Part shown: positions 25,045-30,919 of the stretch, in pieces
Layout: the number at the start of each line of letters is the position of its first letter
Position numbering within the stretch: the stretch's first letter is position 1
Virus record (IMG/VR): IMGVR_UViG_3300017785_000314
Coordinates: 1-30,919 of that record
DNA from: a virus
Taxonomy: Duplodnaviria > Caudoviricetes
Length of the DNA: 30,919 nt
Strand: one strand, 5' to 3'
The notes under the pieces: generated by a model
The model's database searches: none
Told to the model about the DNA's origin: nothing
What the model saw: the letters and a program-made list of their open reading frames with translations, nothing else
Made by a program: the position numbers and the translations under genes

Positions 25045-25607
25045 TATTGGTTCTCCCAGTTTGCTTTGATTCCGTCATACATTGCTTTTAAGACGGGTTG
25101 TTGTTCTTTCAGGCATTGTGTCCAAGCCAGTCTAAATATGTCCTTCAGGCTTTCGTAACTAACCGCTGCCGCCATTTGGTCAACAGTTGCATCCATATCT
25201 ATGCCTTTGGGTTTCTCAACCTTTGGGGGCGCAGATTTAACCGCTGCATTACCGTCATCATCCTCACTTGCAACGCAAAAGGCCGCTTGGATTGAGTATC
25301 TCTTTGCGTAGCTCAATGCGCTGCCCATGCCCTGCGCGTCTTGTTTTGATGCAGGCACAAACAATTTGCCGCAAGACATTTCCTGACCTGATTCGTGAAT
25401 GATTACGGTCTCAACACAAACGCCACCTTCAGCATCATGTGTCTTTTGTACAACAGCTAATCCGTTAGCCGACAGATGTGGTCTGACAGCATCAATGACA
25501 GATGCCAAGCTAGAGTATGCAGATTTAAAGTGTGGGTTTTTACTATCTTTGGCTGCGTGTGACATTGCTGCCTGAGCCTTGACCAATGCCTTTGCTAATT
25601 CGTTCAT
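25044..25607 (-). CDS. erf: ERF family single-strand annealing recombinase
   Basis: KDSKNPHFKSAYSSL, IHESGQ and QGMGSALSYAKRYS...EDDDGN. Confidence 0.93.
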   Translation of the reverse strand: MNELAKALVKAQAAMSHAAKDSKNPHFKSAYSSLASVIDAVRPHLSANGLAVVQKTHDAEGGVCVETVIIHESGQEMSCGKLFVPASKQDAQGMGSALSYAKRYSIQAAFCVASEDDDGNAAVKSAPPKVEKPKGIDMDATVDQMAAAVSYESLKDIFRLAWTQCLKEQQPVLKAMYDGIKANWENQ

Positions 25608-25649
25608 TTTGCACCTTGTATCGTGGTTAATGGCTAATTGCCATGATTA

Positions 25650-25678
25650 ATATTAAGCTAACTAAATAGATAAGTCAA
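25650..25678 (-). promoter_or_regulatory. Leftward sigma70-type promoter for the erf-ssb operon
   Basis: TTGACT (25678-25673), 17-nt spacer, TAATAT (25655-25650). Confidence 0.7.
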
Positions 25679-25708
25679 ATAGAAAACAATTATGTTAAGA
25701 TAGCTAAC

Positions 25709-25924
25709 ATGAATACAACAGAAATCATCCAAACATTAGGTGGAACATTTGCCGTAGCCAAGCTCTGCCGTGTCACGCCTTCAAGTGTTAGCCAATGGCG
25801 CAACAATGGTTTGCCTGGCGATAAATTAGTGTTGCTGGCAACCGAGCTTGAAAAGAAATCAGACGGCAAATGGTCAAGAAAAGAAATCCCCAACTGGCAA
25901 CAAATCTGGCCTGAGTTGCATTAG
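25709..25924 (+). CDS. Cro-like (YdaS-type) HTH regulator
   Basis: IIQTLGGTFAVAKLCRVTPSSVSQWRNNGLP...IWPEL. Divergent from the early operon. Confidence 0.85.
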   Translation: MNTTEIIQTLGGTFAVAKLCRVTPSSVSQWRNNGLPGDKLVLLATELEKKSDGKWSRKEIPNWQQIWPELH

Positions 25925-25996
25925 ACTGATTAAGCCTTTAGCAAGCAGAAACTCATCAATGATAAGGGTCGTGTTTCAATAGCCTAGCTTCAGGGC

Positions 25997-26025
25997 TTGA
26001 CAATCTGGAAAGACAGATACATAAT
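25997..26025 (+). promoter_or_regulatory. Near-consensus sigma70 promoter
   Basis: TTGACA (25997-26002), 17-nt spacer, CATAAT (26020-26025). Confidence 0.85.
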
Positions 26026-26030
26026 CAAAT

Positions 26031-26141
26031 TGTTGTCGTGAAGGACAATTAAGCCGTTTAAGTCTGTATCTTGATTCCACTTTCGCCTTGAAGCCGGTAG
26101 TGGGATTCCTTCACCAAGATACAGATTTAAGCGGCTTTTTT
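26031..26141 (+). ncRNA. Putative ~110-nt structured RNA / attenuator leader
   Basis: 23-bp stem 26051-26073/26115-26137 whose two deviations are both G.U. Inner stem 26074-26081/26099-26106. 5' hairpin TTGTC/GACAA. U tract at the end. Confidence 0.7.
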
Positions 26142-26511
26142 ATTGCTCAAGATAACTGTCAGGGCGCATCAGCTAATAGAGTGACCACTCGTACCCAGAA
26201 CAGGTCAGTTATACAGTTATTACTACGCTTTATCCGGTGTGACCCGCACCCCCTAGTAGAGAAATCGAACAGGATATAGACAGACTAGAGAAATCTAGTA
26301 AAACCATTTACTGTAGGTTGTGATCTTTATTACTTGCAAGGACTGCTAGTAATTTAGGGAATCTACGGGTGGGGTGAGCCGCCTGCCATAAACCTAACAA
26401 GGTACAGGTCTGTCGTAAAGGATTTATCCTCAACTACCGTCAAGTACTACGGTGGGTGGGTATAAGGGTAGGGTATCTATATTTAAAATAAACAGAGTAA
26501 GGGTTAACGCT

Positions 26512-26733
26512 ATGACAATCTGGGACTGGATGTTTGTTTTCTATTGTTCGGCAGCTCTAACCGTTGCTGCGCTTTTATTCATTCGTTGGGCAAGACCAAA
26601 GCCACAGACCTATCCAAAAGAATGGGTTTGTGATGGTTGCGGTCAAGTGTCTAGCGAATTACGAGAGGGAATGTGTGCGTATTGCACTAACTTCTACAAA
26701 CCTACGGAACATTGCCGCCAACGGGGTAAGTAG
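26512..26733 (+). CDS. Small protein with TM helix and CxxC...CxxC zinc ribbon
   Basis: Likely start is ATG 26512 (MTIWDW). Hydrophobic N-terminus, CDGC...CAYC. Converges on and overlaps the 3' end of the 26702 gene. Confidence 0.55.
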   Translation: MTIWDWMFVFYCSAALTVAALLFIRWARPKPQTYPKEWVCDGCGQVSSELREGMCAYCTNFYKPTEHCRQRGK

Positions 26734-27265
26734 CCCCGACTGGTGCTTGAGTAAACGCTGTTTCACCTGACACAACGTGGTTGCCAGTCCAAGGTGACTC
26801 CATGACTGGGCCGTAGCAACTAGCCAAGGTCACGCCATTTACTTGCTTGGTTTGCTTTGTGCATAGAAAACTCCACATATTTGACATTCCCGTTTGTGGT
26901 GTATTTCCAACAGTAAACGAACGAAACACCGCAGGCTGTACAGTCCAGTCCGGTGCTTGTGGATAGGCAGTCAATGGTGGCACACCAAACAGACTCCAGA
27001 CTTTACCCTTTGGTGCGTCACACGAACCTTGCATCAGCGTCATGTTTGCCACAGCGTCCCCTGACAGCACAGGACAGACCGCTACGCCCTCTTTAAAGGT
27101 CTTGCCTGCCACAGATATAGACTTGCCAGTTAAAGTCGTTGGCGAGGCTGCACACAGGGCATATTCGCCTTTACAAACCGCTATTGTCTGGGCTTGAATT
27201 GTGTTGATTAAAGCTATAACCCAAAACAAGATAACGGTACTGACTACAGTAAATGTTTTCATCAT
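26702..27265 (-). CDS. Secreted Cys-containing hypothetical protein
   Basis: Signal-peptide-like N-terminus ending IQA-Q. Six Cys in the mature part. Last gene after the endolysin. Confidence 0.65.
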   Translation of the reverse strand: MMKTFTVVSTVILFWVIALINTIQAQTIAVCKGEYALCAASPTTLTGKSISVAGKTFKEGVAVCPVLSGDAVANMTLMQGSCDAPKGKVWSLFGVPPLTAYPQAPDWTVQPAVFRSFTVGNTPQTGMSNMWSFLCTKQTKQVNGVTLASCYGPVMESPWTGNHVVSGETAFTQAPVGATYPVGGNVP

Positions 27266-27270
27266 GTCAC

Positions 27271-27696
27271 CTATTTAACTAATTCAAAATGTGGGCTATC
27301 AGACTCTCCATGCTCATGAATGACTGCATCCATATCCCAGTTGCCGCCCCAACGCAGCGTCACATCAAGCTCTTTAGCTGCTGCAAACATGGTGTTGGCA
27401 AGTTGGTCAAATCGAGGCAAATCATTCCAATCAATTGGGTAAGGTGCAAGATCTACAGCGTGACCGTAACCATCTGCCTGAATACCGTGTGTGCCAGAGG
27501 TCTGCACCCAAGTCACTACCGCACCAGGCTTGGTTCTCCCCTGCGCCCACAGTTCATCTTGGCGAGCTTGCGAACGCACACCTTCCAAAACCGTAAAGTC
27601 TATTGTGCTTAACTCCAACGCACGTTTGACCACCGCAACCAATTTTGGATGTACGCCTTTGAGGTTGTTTAACGAACGCTCTGAGAATGAAAACAT
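27271..27696 (-). CDS. Endolysin, peptidase M15 (L-Ala-D-Glu peptidase-like)
   Basis: FSERSLNNLKGVHPKL, EGVRS..RQ, H......GHAVD, RWGGNW and DSPHFEL zinc ligands. Confidence 0.92.
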   Translation of the reverse strand: MFSFSERSLNNLKGVHPKLVAVVKRALELSTIDFTVLEGVRSQARQDELWAQGRTKPGAVVTWVQTSGTHGIQADGYGHAVDLAPYPIDWNDLPRFDQLANTMFAAAKELDVTLRWGGNWDMDAVIHEHGESDSPHFELVK

Positions 27697-28064
27697 TATT
27701 TCTTTTGTGCGTAGAAAAGAGTTCTATCGCCAAACAAATAGAAACCTACAGCAGACGCAAAGTTGTTGACCGCTGGGTTCTCTTGTCCGGTCAGCATCAT
27801 AAACGACCAAGTGCCAAGCACAATAGCCCCAACAGCGGGTCTCATAAGCCTCACAACCGCCTCAACCCACGGATAGGTAGTGCCGCTACTGCCTACGCTA
27901 TTCATCGCTTTAAACATCTCTAAATCGGTGTTCCGCATCTGCGTGTATTCGCCAATATTTGTCGGCTTGTAAACGTCAGTCTGAATAAATCGCCCGATCA
28001 GGCTTTTACCCAAGTCGACAACCAAGGGGCCGAGTGCTGCGAGAATGGTTATCGGGTCGATGAT
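27696..28064 (-). CDS. Holin-like membrane protein (start codon uncertain)
   Basis: DPITILAALGPLVV N-terminal hydrophobic segment, LMRPAVGAIVLGTWSFMML and GFYLFGDRT. TAATG coupling to the endolysin. Confidence 0.65.
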   Translation of the reverse strand: MIDPITILAALGPLVVDLGKSLIGRFIQTDVYKPTNIGEYTQMRNTDLEMFKAMNSVGSSGTTYPWVEAVVRLMRPAVGAIVLGTWSFMMLTGQENPAVNNFASAVGFYLFGDRTLFYAQKK

Positions 28065-28065
28065 T

Positions 28066-28302
28066 TCACCTGTCTTGTTTAGAATCAAGTTTGTCAAATA
28101 TCTTGCCAAGCATCTCTTTCAACTCTTTGATGCCTTCTCTAAAATCGTCTTTTTTAACGTAGTTGTCAGACATAGACAATTCCAATCTGCTCATGTCAGA
28201 TTTAAGTTTTTGGACAGCATCCCACAGTTGACGGGCAAACCAACCAATAGTCGCAAGGGCAGCACCGCCAGCTATGTTGATAAGGTTCTGCCAGTCCATC
28301 AC
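28066..28302 (-). CDS. Small TM plus coiled-coil lysis-cassette protein (holin/antiholin-like)
   Basis: One N-terminal TM (NIAGGAALATIGWF) followed by YVKKDDF...IFDKLD.K.D. Confidence 0.6.
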   Translation of the reverse strand: MMDWQNLINIAGGAALATIGWFARQLWDAVQKLKSDMSRLELSMSDNYVKKDDFREGIKELKEMLGKIFDKLDSKQDR

Positions 28303-28652
28303 ATACCTTCGCCCTGAACGATAAAGACGCTCGATGCAGCTGCAGCCAGACCAGAAAAGAATGCCTGTCTTCCAAAGCGCAAAACTTCCACCGCACCAGG
28401 CACTAGCACGATGGCCGCAGATGGAGTACCCGCAACAGGCGCGACAGCGTTCGCCGTGGCAGCTGCAGCAGTCTGGCCAACACCTAAGTACACAATGTTA
28501 GTGCTTGAGTTGATGATCCTGTACTGGCCTGTGCTTTGAGCGTCGTACTTAGTTGCAACAAGAGCTTGCACACCAGTTGGGGCAACCGCTGCAGCTGGGA
28601 CAAGTACCGTCTTGCCTAATGGTGCAAATGCGATTTGTGAGTTTTGTGCCAT
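28299..28652 (-). CDS. Hypothetical beta-rich, probably virion protein
   Basis: 117 aa, Ala/Val-rich. SD AAGGAG. Confidence 0.6.
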   Translation of the reverse strand: MAQNSQIAFAPLGKTVLVPAAAVAPTGVQALVATKYDAQSTGQYRIINSSTNIVYLGVGQTAAAATANAVAPVAGTPSAAIVLVPGAVEVLRFGRQAFFSGLAAAASSVFIVQGEGM

Positions 28653-28663
28653 GAGATGACTCC

Positions 28664-29125
28664 TTAATAGTTTCCGTGATTTGCAAATTCTTTGTGGTAC
28701 TTCTCTCTTGCCATCATAGCAACAAGATCAGCAAGCTCTTTATCAATATACCTACCAAATGACCTTAACTTCGTACCAACACGAATAGCAACACGCCATT
28801 TACAAGATTCTTTGTCCAAAAACACACCCTTGTAACCGGATGTATTATTTCGCATTAGCCCACGGTTCATCATGTTTACAGAATTATCAGCAGCCCTTAG
28901 ATTGGTAACATTATTGTTAAGTTTGTTGTTGTCAATATGATCGACCTGATCCGGCAAATAACCGTAGTGATACAGAAATACTAACCGATGCGCTTTGTAT
29001 ATTTTGTAACCAACGCCTATACAGCGATACCCTTTTTTGTTCACGCTACCAGCAATTTTTCCACCACGTATCAATTCGCCGTCTTTGTATTCAAACAATT
29101 TATGTAAACATTTTTGCGTAAGCAT
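28664..29125 (-). CDS. HNH homing endonuclease with AP2-like C-terminal domain
   Basis: AHRLVFLY...VDHIDNNKLNN..TNLR, then NNTSGYKGV...KWRVAI...FGRY. Confidence 0.9.
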   Translation of the reverse strand: MLTQKCLHKLFEYKDGELIRGGKIAGSVNKKGYRCIGVGYKIYKAHRLVFLYHYGYLPDQVDHIDNNKLNNNVTNLRAADNSVNMMNRGLMRNNTSGYKGVFLDKESCKWRVAIRVGTKLRSFGRYIDKELADLVAMMAREKYHKEFANHGNY

Positions 29126-29127
29126 GA

Positions 29128-29478
29128 CTACAATCCTAGGTTTCCGGCTGCGATGAATTGGTCAGCAACCGCGCTGATAAGCGAAATAACAGCATTCTGA
29201 CCCATCGTACTGAACAGGCTTGAATAAGATGCAAGCGTTGCAGCTCCAGCCGCAACTGTAACCTTACCCGCACCGCCTTGGATGATGGTGCAAGTAAACC
29301 CCTTGCCAAGCCCTGTAGCACAGGTAATCGTAGTGGCCGAGCCACTGGTGCAATATATCACCTTGCCGTTGTCACCAGCCGACAGCGTGCGAGAAGTACC
29401 CGCCTCTGTGATGATCCCATCAGGGCTGAGAATGAATGCTGGCGCAGAGCCAGGCAGGAAAGAAACGGTTTTTAACAT
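29128..29478 (-). CDS. Small tail-fibre-type beta domain protein
   Basis: Likely start is ATG 29478 (MLKTVS). TLSAGDNGKVI...TITC...GFTCTIIQGGAGKVTV...GNL resembles fibre C-terminal modules. Confidence 0.55.
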   Translation of the reverse strand: MLKTVSFLPGSAPAFILSPDGIITEAGTSRTLSAGDNGKVIYCTSGSATTITCATGLGKGFTCTIIQGGAGKVTVAAGAATLASYSSLFSTMGQNAVISLISAVADQFIAAGNLGL

Positions 29479-29480
29479 AA

Positions 29481-29771
29481 TTAACCCCAGTAAAAACTTG
29501 AAATTGCAATTGTCATTGTAAGAACTGTTGGCAATATCCAATCAAACATCGACTTTATATCCCAGCCTCTGGGTTCAAATCCACCGTACCAAGGCATATT
29601 GGCTCGTTTACCTTCGTAAAAATGCTCAATCACTCGGTACTCAGCTTGAGCGTGTTCTCGGCCTACAAAGAACGCTGACCCAAAGCAAGCACCAGCGTAC
29701 CAGTTGCCTGTCAGCAATCCAATGATTGCCATGAATAAGAGTGCGTATGCGGAGTGTTCGAGGTTTTTCAT
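29481..29771 (-). CDS. Small membrane protein coupled to the tailspike
   Basis: Hydrophobic N- and C-terminal helices flanking GREHAQAEYR...GKRANMPWYGG. TAATG coupling. Confidence 0.65.
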   Translation of the reverse strand: MKNLEHSAYALLFMAIIGLLTGNWYAGACFGSAFFVGREHAQAEYRVIEHFYEGKRANMPWYGGFEPRGWDIKSMFDWILPTVLTMTIAISSFYWG

Positions 29772-30919
29772 TATCCATCCACCCTTGCAACAAGAAAATG
29801 GCTTTGGTTGCTTTGTACATTTAAAGCACCGCCGCTATCTTGAAATCCAAAAACAGAAACGTAGTCACCGGAGTCTAAATATTCAACAGTTGATGAATAA
29901 AGTGTTGAAGAAATACCAGCAGACGGTATTCCAACTGATCTTGTTCGATCTATGACAACACCATTTTTATATAGATTGATTTGTCTTTGTCCTGCTGCAT
30001 TGGCAACAAATTCAATAAGAGCTTCAATACGATAAAAGCCTGGCGTTTTAATATATATATTTGATGTGTTGCTAGACGTACTATGTAATCCTGTCCTATC
30101 GCTAAGATTAAAATCCCACGTTAACGCAGTTTGCGTGTTATTTGGAATTGATTGCGTTGTTGCCGTGGAACTTGTGACCTCACAAAAATTTGACCCTAAA
30201 TCACTATTTAAATAATTTGTAATATTTGCACTTGCGGAACAGCCAATGACTTGGTTAGCAATTGCTAAGTCATATCCGGTGGTAGGGTAACGAACCAAAG
30301 CAGAATCGCTTGAAAAAGCACTTACTGTTGTCGGAACATCTTGCGTATCAATTACGTTGCAACTAATAAAACGAATTGCTCTAGGGTAGGTTGTATAAAA
30401 CGCGCTTGACATGACTCTGAAGCCTTCAGCACCAGTGCCAGCACCGCCAACACCCAAGACGTTTACTACTTTACACCCAACAAAATCAATGTTTTGCGTG
30501 TTGTATTTTTCATCCGTTGCTGCCGATGCTGCGGGTGAAACAACAAAGCCACCGTTGCCAGTATTGTTTGCTATACAGCCAGTAACCAATCCATCACGGC
30601 TTACGTTTGCAAATTTAAAACCCCATGTGTTTGCGTTGTTAGATGAACAACCTGAAAGAGTCCAACGCCTATTGCCTTCAAAATACGCTGGGGCAGTGCC
30701 GCCTACGCCACCAGAGAAATCATACGCTTGATCTACTGAAGTAACGGTACAACCAATAATTACACAATCTCTTGATTCGGTAATTAAAATACCTCTTGTA
30801 AAACGTGCGGTAAAAACGCCGCCAACCCTAGATTCCAAGTTATAAACATAACAATTAGACAAAGTATAGTTAGCAGCATCGCCAATATCAATGCCGTTCA
30901 TAATGTCGTTTGTCGGGTC
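29771..30919 (-). CDS. Tailspike / beta-helix receptor-binding protein, C-terminal part (5' end outside window)
   Basis: Frame is open to the window edge (DPTNDIMNG...). Parallel beta-helix-type repeats, then a C1q-like beta domain (IYIKTPGFYRI...YLDSGDYVSV). Confidence 0.8.
   Translation of the reverse strand, partial: DPTNDIMNGIDIGDAANYTLSNCYVYNLESRVGGVFTARFTRGILITESRDCVIIGCTVTSVDQAYDFSGGVGGTAPAYFEGNRRWTLSGCSSNNANTWGFKFANVSRDGLVTGCIANNTGNGGFVVSPAASAATDEKYNTQNIDFVGCKVVNVLGVGGAGTGAEGFRVMSSAFYTTYPRAIRFISCNVIDTQDVPTTVSAFSSDSALVRYPTTGYDLAIANQVIGCSASANITNYLNSDLGSNFCEVTSSTATTQSIPNNTQTALTWDFNLSDRTGLHSTSSNTSNIYIKTPGFYRIEALIEFVANAAGQRQINLYKNGVVIDRTRSVGIPSAGISSTLYSSTVEYLDSGDYVSVFGFQDSGGALNVQSNQSHFLVARVDG

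Noticed and set aside
25690-25893. Minus-strand ORF as a possible cI repressor
   Set aside because: It is antisense to the cro-like gene and has no HTH or S24 features.
26088-26279. 63-aa ORF in the non-coding control region
   Set aside because: TTG start buried in the long hairpin, crosses the U tract, and has no SD or motif. A leader peptide cannot be fully excluded.
26370-26400. GTGAGCCG resembling the start of group II intron domain V
   Set aside because: The following sequence does not form the domain V hairpin, and there is no RT/maturase.
1-30919. CRISPR arrays, tRNA genes, diversity-generating retroelement, integrase/att, terminal repeat, recoded genetic code
   Set aside because: No regularly spaced repeats, cloverleaf, reverse transcriptase or recombinase were seen by eye. 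The two ends do not visibly overlap. Genes are intact and tightly packed under the standard code.

Overview
This window is most of the genome of a small P22-like (podovirus-type) tailed phage, cut inside tail-appendage genes at both ends. Almost everything is on the minus strand. Reading right to left: tailspike, HNH endonuclease, holins and M15 endolysin; then a divergent control region; then ERF, SSB, a 3'-5' exonuclease, small early genes, a C5 methyltransferase, a Ref-like nuclease, RusA and a ParB-fused amino-methyltransferase; then terminase, portal, scaffold, P22-type coat, gp4, fibre, gp10 hub, needle, three ejection proteins and head-binding/spike genes. I recognise no integrase, CI repressor, helicase, primase, polymerase or replication initiator. 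The most notable observations are: (1) a C5 methyltransferase with a second, almost fully overlapping +1-frame ORF that carries the missing motif IX and four (W/H)-x-T-P modules, suggesting a two-polypeptide enzyme; (2) about 480 nt of highly structured non-coding sequence behind a near-consensus sigma70 promoter, with a kissing-loop small RNA and a G-quadruplex motif, where replication genes would be expected; (3) a DDxxD isoprenoid-synthase-like gene directly upstream of the first ejection protein; (4) a HiPIP-like Cys protein and a cluster of small basic proteins in the virion module. All family assignments come from motif recognition and synteny; no searches were run.
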